This document shows, in pieces, positions 54,447 through 64,000 of a stretch of DNA of 64,000 bases. The translations under genes were made by a program, and so were the position numbers. Where the stretch lies: sequence record OL739525.1. One strand, 5' to 3'. The first letter of the stretch is position 1; each line of letters begins with the position of its first letter. The notes beneath the pieces are model-generated. The model was not told the origin of the DNA. It did not search any database and saw nothing but the letters and a program-made list of their open reading frames with translations. The DNA is from Escherichia phage dw-ec.

Positions 54447-55508
54447 ATGGCGAAGCCAATATATTATCCTGACTGGGCTACACAAACTGTAACGCTCCCA
54501 GGAACTTTAAACACAAACAAAATTAGACCTAAAGAAACCATCCGCACAGTTGGTATGGATTATGGTCAAATCATGACTTGCGAAGAAATGAACTGGATTC
54601 TTAATAATATCGGTTTATGGATTCGCTATTTGGTGGATGACTTTCTTCCAACTTTACCTAATACCTACTTGCCTTTAGTGGGAACTAAGATTACAATGGC
54701 AGGTGATGCTACTGGTGAGGCTACTTGGAACGGTAACAAAGAAGTTACTTTATCTATCCAGGTTCAAGATAACAGTCATAATCACTTGTCGGCAAACATT
54801 ACAGATGCCACTAGTTCAACAGTAACACCAAACGTGCTGGTAAAACGTGATGCGGGTGGTGCTATTTATGGTGGCGATGTTTATGTTAACGGTACTTCCA
54901 CAACAGATCCTGCAACACTGTTCTTCAAAAACTTTGCAGGACAAACAAATGGTGAGATTTCTGCCGAGTATCAAAGCGGAGGTCAGCTTTATATTTATCG
55001 TAGAAATCCTAGCACAGGTAGTGTATCGGCAGGTGTTCGTTTATATGATGCAGGTTATGTTCTAATAGATAGTCCAAGATCAAACAGTGGACAAGATACT
55101 TCTAACGGAAATGCTTTAGTTCGTTTAGATTATCTGAACTCTCGTTTGACTTCCCTTCAGAACACATTGCAGACGAATATTAACACTGTTCAAAACAACT
55201 TGAATAATGTTAACAACAACCTCTCTTCTCGTATAAACAATGTAGAAAGTAATCATCAAAGTCAGATTACAAATAACTACAACTATGCTAACGGAACCTT
55301 TGTAAGAGATATTCGTTATACTAGCCAAGGTGTGTATTATCCACCAGGGAACGAGGTTTCTTGGACTTATATCTGTTCTTCTGGTTATGTTCTTTCTGGT
55401 ATTATCGTACAGGAAACAGGACGTAGCTCTGCGGATAACATCGGTGGGGTTTACTTCAAACGCCTCCAGCGCAACGTTAACGGAAACTGGTACGATATTG
55501 GAGGCTAA
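54447..55508 (+). CDS. tail fiber protein (gpH-position)
   Basis: 353 aa; Asn/Ser/Thr-rich repetitive C-terminus. Confidence 0.45.
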   Translation: MAKPIYYPDWATQTVTLPGTLNTNKIRPKETIRTVGMDYGQIMTCEEMNWILNNIGLWIRYLVDDFLPTLPNTYLPLVGTKITMAGDATGEATWNGNKEVTLSIQVQDNSHNHLSANITDATSSTVTPNVLVKRDAGGAIYGGDVYVNGTSTTDPATLFFKNFAGQTNGEISAEYQSGGQLYIYRRNPSTGSVSAGVRLYDAGYVLIDSPRSNSGQDTSNGNALVRLDYLNSRLTSLQNTLQTNINTVQNNLNNVNNNLSSRINNVESNHQSQITNNYNYANGTFVRDIRYTSQGVYYPPGNEVSWTYICSSGYVLSGIIVQETGRSSADNIGGVYFKRLQRNVNGNWYDIGG

Positions 55509-56054
55509 ATGATATTTACAAACTTTAAAAAATATATTCCTGAAGACCCTGAACTAAAAGAATTGGTAGAAGCAGAGAACATTCTTTTTCTTCGTTGCGA
55601 TCAAGGTTACGATTGGTATGATTTACGTAGCACAGAATTCAATAACGATAAAATGAAAGTCGTTTTTGATGATCAAAATCGTATTGTGTTTTGGAATACT
55701 GATCCTACACTACTTTGCCCTGAAGATCTTTCTATAGCACAAGTAGACTTTAATATAGATACTTTTGAGGATATTAGGAACAAGGTTCTGGATTTAGAAA
55801 CCTTAACTCTTAAGGATAAAGAGTATTCCCGTGAAGAGTTGATGACACAAGCTAGTGCAAAAATTCGCTCTTTACAAGAAACAGCGGTAGCACTTATAAC
55901 ACCTTTACAGTATGCTAAAGATTTAGAAATGGCTACTGAAGACGAATTAGCTTATCTTAAAAATCTTCAAGTTTATGTAGTTAAACTAAATCGTGTTCCG
56001 CTTCAAAAAGACTATCCTTACGCTATAGATTGGCCTACATTACCGACAGAATAA
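55509..56054 (+). CDS. tail fiber assembly protein candidate (gpG-position)
   Basis: 181 aa directly after fiber gene. Confidence 0.35.
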   Translation: MIFTNFKKYIPEDPELKELVEAENILFLRCDQGYDWYDLRSTEFNNDKMKVVFDDQNRIVFWNTDPTLLCPEDLSIAQVDFNIDTFEDIRNKVLDLETLTLKDKEYSREELMTQASAKIRSLQETAVALITPLQYAKDLEMATEDELAYLKNLQVYVVKLNRVPLQKDYPYAIDWPTLPTE

Positions 56055-56063
56055 GGGATCACT

Positions 56064-56399
56064 ATGGAATTTCAAGAAGCATGGGGACTTGCAAAGGATG
56101 CAATAATCCCTTTAATCGGAGTCATCTGGTTCTTTTTCAAACAAAAAATGGATAAATTCGGCTCTGATCTTGAGGAAATGGAGGAGAAAAGTCGAGAGCT
56201 AGAGAAGAAGTTGGTCTTTGTTGAATCAACTTACGCAACTAAAGCCGAACTTACCCAGATGCTAAATCAAATTAACTCTACATTAATGGCAAATAACAAC
56301 ACCCTTGAGCAAAAAATTGAAAAGATTATGGACCTCAAGAATGCGACTATCCAAATGATGCTAGATGACATAGTTAAACGTACACAGAATAAGGGGTAA
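56064..56399 (+). CDS. membrane-anchored coiled-coil protein
   Basis: N-terminal hydrophobic helix then Glu/Lys-rich helical region; 111 aa. Confidence 0.35.
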   Translation: MEFQEAWGLAKDAIIPLIGVIWFFFKQKMDKFGSDLEEMEEKSRELEKKLVFVESTYATKAELTQMLNQINSTLMANNNTLEQKIEKIMDLKNATIQMMLDDIVKRTQNKG

Positions 56400-56402
56400 T
56401 TA

Positions 56403-59400
56403 ATGGCAACATTCCCAACATATCCAGCAACGTCTCTCGAACAGGGCGTAGACCTGGTTATTTTCTCATCTAACCAACTCCATGATGTTATTAATGGAAG
56501 TGCTACAGAGAGTATTGAAACAGAATCAGGGTTGATACCAACCCTGAGAAAAGCCCTTGTTGACAACTTTTTCTTTAAAAGCCCATTGGATTGGGCGCAA
56601 GGCACAAACGAAACAGTTTTTAACCAACTTCGTTATTTCCAGAATGGAGTATTGAGCGGTTATTACTATGCTCCTAACGCTACATTGGTTAACCCAATCC
56701 CTATGCAAGGGACTCCAGTAGGAGATAACAACTGGGTATTGTGGGGACTGAAAACAGAACAATTAGCAACAGAAGTCACCCCGTGGGTATACTCTGGTGC
56801 AACTGGTTATGAAACAGTAATTAGTCCTCCTTACATCTTTGATAGTGCTATTGTTACGATCAATGGTGTTATTCAGGTTCTGGGGGAAGCTTTCCGTATA
56901 GAAGACAGTAAGATCATCTTATCTGAACCTTTGGGACACGATCCTGCAACAGGACTGCCAAACAAGCTTTTTGCTTATATTGGTAAAATCGTAGCTTCAG
57001 CAGATACAGATCCTAATCTAGAGAACCGTCTTGTTAGTTTAGAAACAAAAACGGAAGAACTAACAGAAAGCATGGATAAAGTCCCTCTGCAAACTATTGC
57101 TCGTAAGTATGGTTTGTTAGATGATGAGGTGGCTTACGCAACAGCAGGTCAATCGTTAACAGGGATTAAAGCTCTGTACGATCCGGTAGCACAGTCTTCC
57201 TACACATTACCTCCTAACATCACAGGAACTTTAACATCCTTATCTGTTTCTGGAGTAATGACTTATTCTGGAGGATCTGTAGACCTTTCTGCACTGGCTG
57301 TTGAGCGTGGACAGTTTGTTCATTTGCCTACAAGCTTTGGTAATAACGTAACTCTGACAGCTAAAAATCAGACGATTGGACGTGGTGCTGGTCGTTATCG
57401 TTGGGCTGGAAGTTTACCAAAAAGTATTTTGGCCTCTGATACATTGGAGACAAGCGGAGGATTAGGTCCAAATGCATGGGTTCTGACTAATACAGAAGGA
57501 CTGTTAACCCCTCGTGGTGGAACATACAACGATCTATTCGATGTTGTCTACTTGTCAGAATTTGCTAACAATACAACTACCTATACCACACCAGAAGCAG
57601 CTTTCCAGGCGGCACTGTTAGCAGCAAAAGCTTCGAAAAGCAAGATTCTCGATGCTTACGGTTGCGACATGACTTTCACGACAAGCTCTTTTGATATTCA
57701 AGATATCACTTTGCGTGGTGGTGTGTTCCGTGGTCAACGCGACTATCGTGTGCAGAATGCTACAGTAGAAGGCACAACTTTCCGTAACTCTCGTGTTATG
57801 TATTGGGGTGGTGCTGTGCGCATGTTCGATTGTTTGTGGGACGGTGCTCCTCGCGCAGGTCAAGTTGGTAGCTTGGTATTCCAAGGCAACCCAATATCAG
57901 GTACTTTTGAAATTGATAATTGTACTTTTAAAAACGGGTTATATGGTATTCTTCAACAAGGAACAGGGGAACCAGTAACACGCGGTGTCTTCCGTAACCT
58001 TACCTTCATGGACATGCAAGGTGATGCAATAGAACTGAACGTCATCAATAAACATTATGACGATGGTTGTGTGATTGAGAATATTTACCTGTCTAATATC
58101 GATGGGACTAACGCTCCTATTCCTCTGTCCAACTGGGGTATCGGTATCGGTGTAGCTGGTAAAGGACCATATGGTTACGGAATCCCTGATGATCAATATT
58201 GTAAGAACATTACAATTCGTAACGTTTTTGCAAAACGTTGTCGTCAGATTGTCCACGTAGAAGTTGGTCGTAATATCTCTATCGAAAACATTCATGGCGA
58301 TCCAGATCAAACCGTATCTGTTGGGACAGGTTTGGCAACTGGCGCAGTTGTAATGTATGGAAGTAAAGACTTTACGATTGATGGTGTTTATGGAGAGCCT
58401 AAAACAGACGGTAGCACACTTGCAAGTAATATCCGTATGATTTACTTGGAGTGGGGAACTAACGCAGTTCTGGATGAAGAGGGTAATCCGGTAGTTCCGG
58501 CACAGGGCAGACCTTCAAACCCATGCTTTAACTATTCTGTTCGTAACGTTCACACCAAAACTGGGCGTGTTTTTGCGGGAGTTTCCGCTGGGCCAGGTTA
58601 TGAAAACAGAGTTAGCTTTGAAAATATTCGTTGCGCTGCCTTGCAGTTGTTCGGTATAGCTTCTTGGCTTTCAATGTCTAACATCACCTGTAATATCTTC
58701 GATTGTGTTGGTCAACCTGAATCTGGTCCAGGGACATTTTATGATGGATTCTTCCGTAGAGAAAAATCTGTTCTTGAAATGGTTAACGTAAACTGTTACC
58801 CAGATGGCAAGACGATGGTTACTGGTCGTCCACAGTGGAGCCGTTGCCGTTACTCGGATATTCATCGTGTCAACTGTAATGTTGAAGCTAATATGTATAC
58901 CAATATCGCAGGTGGTATTGGAGCTATTGTAGGGACAACGGGCAAAGTTTATTACTTAGAGCCTAATCCTAGTCGAAACATTGATGGAATGCATTTCCCA
59001 ACAGGGAAAGAGTTTGACAAAGGGGATATGATAGTCAAGGCGGATAATACGTTCTTCCTTGTAACAACAAGTGGGGCATATATTCCAGATATCCCAGCTT
59101 TCGGTATTCGAGCTACACAGGCAGGAGATACCTTCCTGACACAGAACTTGACTCCTAACGGGACAGCAACAAATGCTTCTTGGTTGTATCATTACCCTCT
59201 GTCAGCAGGGACACGTATCCGTATTCCTGGCGCTGGTGTAGGTGGAGCAGATTTGGACACAGTTATTACTCGTGCACCTTATCAAGATAATGATACGTGG
59301 ACTAACCCAGTTAAAATAGACATTGCAGATCCAATTGTAACGCCTACAAGTGCTGGAGTTAGAATTAAAACCATACCTAATGATTCCAGTAATGTTTCTG

Positions 59401-59456
59401 TAGGTAATACTGCGGTTATTCGCCCAACGCCAGTAGTAGATGTGCCAACAACCTAA
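56403..59456 (+). CDS. large tailspike protein
   Basis: 1017 aa; Gly/Asn/Thr-rich repetitive central region. Confidence 0.45.
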   Translation: MATFPTYPATSLEQGVDLVIFSSNQLHDVINGSATESIETESGLIPTLRKALVDNFFFKSPLDWAQGTNETVFNQLRYFQNGVLSGYYYAPNATLVNPIPMQGTPVGDNNWVLWGLKTEQLATEVTPWVYSGATGYETVISPPYIFDSAIVTINGVIQVLGEAFRIEDSKIILSEPLGHDPATGLPNKLFAYIGKIVASADTDPNLENRLVSLETKTEELTESMDKVPLQTIARKYGLLDDEVAYATAGQSLTGIKALYDPVAQSSYTLPPNITGTLTSLSVSGVMTYSGGSVDLSALAVERGQFVHLPTSFGNNVTLTAKNQTIGRGAGRYRWAGSLPKSILASDTLETSGGLGPNAWVLTNTEGLLTPRGGTYNDLFDVVYLSEFANNTTTYTTPEAAFQAALLAAKASKSKILDAYGCDMTFTTSSFDIQDITLRGGVFRGQRDYRVQNATVEGTTFRNSRVMYWGGAVRMFDCLWDGAPRAGQVGSLVFQGNPISGTFEIDNCTFKNGLYGILQQGTGEPVTRGVFRNLTFMDMQGDAIELNVINKHYDDGCVIENIYLSNIDGTNAPIPLSNWGIGIGVAGKGPYGYGIPDDQYCKNITIRNVFAKRCRQIVHVEVGRNISIENIHGDPDQTVSVGTGLATGAVVMYGSKDFTIDGVYGEPKTDGSTLASNIRMIYLEWGTNAVLDEEGNPVVPAQGRPSNPCFNYSVRNVHTKTGRVFAGVSAGPGYENRVSFENIRCAALQLFGIASWLSMSNITCNIFDCVGQPESGPGTFYDGFFRREKSVLEMVNVNCYPDGKTMVTGRPQWSRCRYSDIHRVNCNVEANMYTNIAGGIGAIVGTTGKVYYLEPNPSRNIDGMHFPTGKEFDKGDMIVKADNTFFLVTTSGAYIPDIPAFGIRATQAGDTFLTQNLTPNGTATNASWLYHYPLSAGTRIRIPGAGVGGADLDTVITRAPYQDNDTWTNPVKIDIADPIVTPTSAGVRIKTIPNDSSNVSVGNTAVIRPTPVVDVPTT

Positions 59457-59462
59457 TGGAAT

Positions 59463-59486
59463 AGAGGGGGATTCCCCCTCTTCTTC
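59463..59486 (+). terminator. terminator-like hairpin (weak U-tract)
   Basis: GAGGGGG-ATT-CCCCCTC hairpin followed by TTCTTCC. Confidence 0.4.
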
Positions 59487-59517
59487 CAATAGAATGGTCT
59501 AATGATAGGAGAGATAA

Positions 59518-61542
59518 ATGAATTTAACAAGACCTAATAGTGCGATAGCCGATCTGGTAGAAGCTACTTATCGAAAACGTCGCAGCTTTGAGGCAGGTTT
59601 TACATTACGTAATTCCCGTGAAGTTTTGCTGTTAGCAGCAGAAGGGAATTATTACCAATGGAAAGGAACTTTTCCTAAAGTTGTTCCAGCAAACTCTACG
59701 CCAGCCACCACAGGTGGTATTTCTTCCCTTGCATGGCAAAGTGTTGGGACCGCTGATGATATAGCAATTATCAATGCCAAGTTTACGGCAATGCAGCAAC
59801 AGATTGATGATCTGTCGGAAACAATACCTGAAGCTGGTAAATCGGCTTATCAGATCGCACTTGATAATGGTTTTGTTGGAACAGAAGCACAATGGCTTGC
59901 TTCTTTGAAAGGGGATACTGGTGCTCAACTTAATATTAAAGGATCATTAGCAAACACTAGTGAACTACCATCCACAGGTAACGTTGCAGGGGATGGTTAT
60001 ATCGTAGGTGATGTAATCTACGCTTGGGACGGTTCTGTTTGGAAACTTATTTCTTCTCTTGGGCCAGAAGGTAAATCAGCTTACGAGGTATGGTTGGCAG
60101 ATGGTAATACAGGATCTGTTTATGATTTTCTTACCTCTATAAAAGGTGATAAAGGTGATGTTGGTCCTACAGGGCCACAGGGAGCACCTGGTGTTAACGC
60201 CAACGGTTTTGATTATCGTGGGGATTTGCCTTCTACAAGTAACTTACCACAACCAAACTCTGAAAACGTAAGTCAAGCTTATTCTATCAATGGTAATCTT
60301 TATGTCTCTAATGGGACAGCTTGGGTCAACATGGGTAATATTGTTGGTCCTCAAGGTCCACAAGGTGAGGCAGGTAAAGACGGTCTTGATGGAACAGATG
60401 GAGATGAAGGGAAATCTGCATATCAAAGTTGGCTGGATGCTGGTAATGAAGGGACAGAAGTAGATTTTATTGCCTCACTTAAAGGTCCAAAAGGAGACAA
60501 AGGTGATCAAGGAGAGCGAGGTCCACAAGGTGAACTAGGTCCACAAGGACCAGTGGGTGCAACAGGATCAGGCTTAGATATTATCGGGGTTCTGAACAGT
60601 GAAGCTGAACTTCCTCCTACCGGAGAAGTAGGTGATGCATATAAAATTAATAATGATTTATATGTTTGGGTTCAAGATGCTACGGAATGGATGAATGTTG
60701 GCAGTCTTGGAGGAACATCAATTACAGCTAAAGGTCATGTTCCGAACAGTGAAGCTCTCCCTGTTTATAATAACTATGGCGATGCCTACTTAACTGAAGA
60801 CACTAGTAATCTTTACATCTATACCTACGATCAAGACACCAATTCCGCATCTTTTGTTGACATGGGAAGTATTAAAGGCGACAAAGGTGAAAAAGGGGAT
60901 AAAGGAGATAAGGGTGATCCTGGAACAAACGGAACCAACGGTACTGATGGGACCAACGGTAAGGACGGCGCACAGTGGTTTGTAGCAACAACTAATCCAG
61001 TTGCAGGAGACGGTGTTATCAATGATTACGCCTTCAATACTACCACTGGAGCAGTGTTTAAGAAAACAGATTCTTCTACGTGGACGCTTATAGGCACTCT
61101 TCCTAGTATACCAGAAGCCCCTCAAGACGGCTTGACGTATGGTCGGTCTGATGGAAACTGGATCGAAATATCAGGATCAGATCCTACGGAAGCTATAACA
61201 CCAACTAGAGTTACAGCAGGTTTCATGGAACTTGAAACAACTGCTGCCAACTCTGGAGCATCTTGGACTCCTTCTGGAACTTCCAATATGTATGTTGTTA
61301 CAGTAACTGATGCTCTGACAGTTGGAGCATGGCCTGGTGTCACTGGCTCTACAAAACCTAAAGCGTTTTCAGCAATGATTTATTTGATTCAAGATACAAC
61401 GGGACACACGGTTACACTAGATGCGTCTTATGGAGCACTAAATGATACAGAAATAGCAACTGCTGCTAACGCAGTAACAATTTTGCAATTAACGTATCCT
61501 GGTGTGGGTGATATCGTGGACATGGTTGTTGTAACACGATAA
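59518..61542 (+). CDS. tail fiber with collagen-like Gly-X-Y repeats
   Basis: Multiple G-X-Y runs (GDKGDVGPTGPQGAPG; GPQGPQGEAGKDGLDGTDGDEGKS; GDKGEKGDKGDKGDPGTNGTNGTDGTNGKDG); 674 aa. Confidence 0.55.
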   Translation: MNLTRPNSAIADLVEATYRKRRSFEAGFTLRNSREVLLLAAEGNYYQWKGTFPKVVPANSTPATTGGISSLAWQSVGTADDIAIINAKFTAMQQQIDDLSETIPEAGKSAYQIALDNGFVGTEAQWLASLKGDTGAQLNIKGSLANTSELPSTGNVAGDGYIVGDVIYAWDGSVWKLISSLGPEGKSAYEVWLADGNTGSVYDFLTSIKGDKGDVGPTGPQGAPGVNANGFDYRGDLPSTSNLPQPNSENVSQAYSINGNLYVSNGTAWVNMGNIVGPQGPQGEAGKDGLDGTDGDEGKSAYQSWLDAGNEGTEVDFIASLKGPKGDKGDQGERGPQGELGPQGPVGATGSGLDIIGVLNSEAELPPTGEVGDAYKINNDLYVWVQDATEWMNVGSLGGTSITAKGHVPNSEALPVYNNYGDAYLTEDTSNLYIYTYDQDTNSASFVDMGSIKGDKGEKGDKGDKGDPGTNGTNGTDGTNGKDGAQWFVATTNPVAGDGVINDYAFNTTTGAVFKKTDSSTWTLIGTLPSIPEAPQDGLTYGRSDGNWIEISGSDPTEAITPTRVTAGFMELETTAANSGASWTPSGTSNMYVVTVTDALTVGAWPGVTGSTKPKAFSAMIYLIQDTTGHTVTLDASYGALNDTEIATAANAVTILQLTYPGVGDIVDMVVVTR

Positions 61543-61546
61543 CAGA

Positions 61547-61572
61547 AGCCCCGAAAGGGGCTTTCTTTTTAT
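61547..61572 (+). terminator. intrinsic terminator
   Basis: AGCCCC-GAAA-GGGGCT hairpin followed by TTCTTTTT. Confidence 0.55.
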
Positions 61573-61583
61573 GGAGGGTTTAA

Positions 61584-64000
61584 ATGTTTCCAATTCCAAT
61601 ATTTACTATTATGACCAGCACTGGTGTCGTTCCTCTGCCAGCGGGTATTGTTAAAAAAGTAATCACTTTAGATTACCCAGATAATGCTGGTAATTCTAAC
61701 AGCAGTTTAGCAATTTTGCTTAATGATGGTAGATTGTTTACTCAAGGCGCAAACCTTTTTGGTGAGATTGCAGATGGAACTCGTAGTGCACGATTCAATA
61801 ATTTCCACTTAGCTTCTACTGTAGTAGCGGATGTGTTTACCGCAGATCGTTGTTTTGTTATTAAAACTAACAGCGGGGGATGGCAATATTCAGGATTGAC
61901 AGCAGGGTTGGTAGGATCTATAGCAGCAGGTGGTACGGATGCATGTGTAACTACTTGGACCAGCTTTCCATCTGTAATAACAGGGACTATCTCTTTAGCC
62001 AATCTTAAAGAGGTTAAAGGAGGGTATAACAATACTCTTTGGTTAATGAATAGCGGTGTTCTTTATGGATCGGGTCAAAACACAGTAGGCAGTTTAGGTG
62101 CAAGCACTACTAACGAAGTTTCTACTCCCCGTCAGATAACAAGTTCAGCAGTTGCTTTTGATGCAGGTTATAACCAATGCTCTTATGTCAACAATGCGGG
62201 AACCTTGCGTGTTTGTGGAGCTAGTAAAGGTTTAGCAGGTAATAATAACACAACAACCGCTTTTGTCAATGCCACGATATCCACTACTGAAACAGTGTAT
62301 GTCAAAGATTACATCAATACAGTTTCCCAGACAATAGTTGTAGGAGATACCTCCGGTGGCGCGGGTACAGTAAACTACTTATATGTTAGATCTAATACAG
62401 AAACAACCTACACTAAACTGGACACCTTTGCAGCAGGTTTCTCAACATGGAAATTTCCACCAAGCCGCCACTCTTTTTTCGTTGGGATCAATAATTCCTT
62501 GTGGGCTATTGGTAAGAACTACACTGCAAACTTAGGTTTGGGATATGATTCTGCGAGCGGAGATCCACTCCAAGTGGGAAAACCAGTTAAACCTGAAGGA
62601 GTGGGTTCCTGGGATATAAACAAGCTCACAAGCGTTCATACGTTGAATATGGATATTACTAACCAATTAGGTTATCAAGGAACCTTTTTCGTTTATAACG
62701 GGGATATGTATTATTCCGGTATTTGGAAAGATGGGAAAGCCTCGTATCTGTTCAATAGTGGTCTAAACTATAATAAATTCACACCAATAGCAAGCTCCGT
62801 GATTACGGGGGATGTTCTGGCAACTGGCTTAACTACAGATTCTTTAGGAATTTGTATTGTAGGTGGAACTAAACAGTTGACACATTCTGTTAGCCCAGAA
62901 GGAGGTAAACTTTTCAATATTAAATACACTTCTTCTGCCCCTGCAAACATGACAATATCATCTACTGGTTTAATGACTTTCCATGCAGAAGGTGGTTTTG
63001 ATGCAGGTATGACAGCCTTAAACGCTGAAGGAACAACTTTATCAGATACCTCTGGAGGATATGCTTCAACATTGAGTGTTTACACCCCTAGCTTATCTGC
63101 GATGGATGTAGGAACAACACAAACAATGGTAGCAGAAATAACGCCAACAGGAGCAGCAAGCTTACCTGGTATGGTTGTTGAGTATACAACTACAGATCCT
63201 AATGTTGCTACAGTAGATCCTACAACTGGTGTAATAACTGGTGTTGGTGATGGTGGTTGTAGAATTGGTTGCACAGCTACATATCAAGGTGTTGTTACCG
63301 CTTCTGATAGTTCTTATTTAACGGTGAACGCTGTTGCGGGAAAGGAGTTAGCTCCATCTCCGAGTAGTAGTTTAACGGTTCTAAACGGATATTTCAACCA
63401 CTCGGCAGATGGGGCAATTACGTTCCCAATTTTATCGGGTACTGTCACACCAGCTAACTTTGTAGTTAAGGTGGATGACGTTGTAATACCTTCAAATAAA
63501 GTAATATTTAGAAATAAAGCTTTCTCTACAGTGGATAGTTATCCAGCAGGAGAATATAGACTGGCTATTGAATTTGCAAGTGCTTCAGTAGTGAATAGTG
63601 TTGATGTGTCTATGGAAGCAAATCCAGATCTTTTAGAATTATGGGGCGGCAACAGAATTGGTTATTCTACAAGCCCAGCCTCACAATTCTTAAAAGGTTG
63701 TGCTAACTTAAGACGAATAACTTCTGATTGTTTTAGTAACACATCTTACACCGGAACATCTATAAGTGGTATCTTCTCTGGCTGTACAAGTTTGACAGCT
63801 ATCCCTGAAGGATTATTCAGTGATGCTTTATTTCCTTCAATGACAACAATGTCAAGCACGTTTGAAGGTTGTACATCTTTAACATCTATTCCTTCAGATT
63901 TATTTAAAAATCTATCAAAAGTTACAAGATATTCTTACACCTTTAAAGATTGCACCTCTCTTGCAGAAGTTCCAGCAGGAATGTTTGATAATATTCCAAC
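61584..64000 (+). CDS. large tail fiber / adhesin, 3-prime partial (Ig-like and BspA-type leucine-rich repeat segments)
   Basis: Frame open from ATG at 61584 to window end; Big_2-like segment (TTDPNVATVDPTTGVITGVGDGG); repeated F..GCTSLTSIP LRR-like units near the end. Confidence 0.45.
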   Translation, partial: MFPIPIFTIMTSTGVVPLPAGIVKKVITLDYPDNAGNSNSSLAILLNDGRLFTQGANLFGEIADGTRSARFNNFHLASTVVADVFTADRCFVIKTNSGGWQYSGLTAGLVGSIAAGGTDACVTTWTSFPSVITGTISLANLKEVKGGYNNTLWLMNSGVLYGSGQNTVGSLGASTTNEVSTPRQITSSAVAFDAGYNQCSYVNNAGTLRVCGASKGLAGNNNTTTAFVNATISTTETVYVKDYINTVSQTIVVGDTSGGAGTVNYLYVRSNTETTYTKLDTFAAGFSTWKFPPSRHSFFVGINNSLWAIGKNYTANLGLGYDSASGDPLQVGKPVKPEGVGSWDINKLTSVHTLNMDITNQLGYQGTFFVYNGDMYYSGIWKDGKASYLFNSGLNYNKFTPIASSVITGDVLATGLTTDSLGICIVGGTKQLTHSVSPEGGKLFNIKYTSSAPANMTISSTGLMTFHAEGGFDAGMTALNAEGTTLSDTSGGYASTLSVYTPSLSAMDVGTTQTMVAEITPTGAASLPGMVVEYTTTDPNVATVDPTTGVITGVGDGGCRIGCTATYQGVVTASDSSYLTVNAVAGKELAPSPSSSLTVLNGYFNHSADGAITFPILSGTVTPANFVVKVDDVVIPSNKVIFRNKAFSTVDSYPAGEYRLAIEFASASVVNSVDVSMEANPDLLELWGGNRIGYSTSPASQFLKGCANLRRITSDCFSNTSYTGTSISGIFSGCTSLTAIPEGLFSDALFPSMTTMSSTFEGCTSLTSIPSDLFKNLSKVTRYSYTFKDCTSLAEVPAGMFDNIP

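Noticed and set aside
1-64000. CRISPR arrays, integrase / lysogeny module, rRNA genes, insertion sequences
   Set aside because: No spaced direct-repeat array, no tyrosine/serine recombinase signature, and no transposase-like ORFs or terminal inverted repeats were seen; the only short repeats are promoter motifs and the GTAC cluster

Overview
64 kb window from a large virulent tailed phage (AT-rich; E. coli-like sigma70 promoters and codon bias in the capsid genes suggest an enterobacterial host). 1-21.6 kb: leftward (minus-strand) early/middle operons for nucleotide metabolism and nucleic-acid transactions (glutaredoxin, RmlC/RmlD-like enzymes, NrdAB, ThyX-like protein, HAD hydrolase, HNH endonuclease, DEDD exonuclease, T4 RNase H-like nuclease, RdgC-like, MazG-like, DNA ligase, a kinase / RNA ligase / metallophosphatase RNA-repair cassette, many small ORFs). 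21.6-22.06 kb: AT-rich divergent control region with GTAC repeats. 22.8-25.1 kb: tRNA array (12 canonical tRNAs plus 2 degenerate tRNA-like elements). 25.1-64 kb: rightward late module: spanin pair, large terminase interrupted by a mini-intein in the Walker A loop, portal, scaffold, capsid, contractile-tail genes with a -1 frameshift chaperone, tape measure, a P2-like baseplate gene order split by inserted tailspike genes, and collagen-like / LRR tail fibers. No integrase, CRISPR array or rRNA was seen. CDS coordinates follow the supplied ORF track; tRNA, promoter and terminator coordinates were read by eye and may be off by 1-2 nt. All homology calls are from motif recognition, not database searches.
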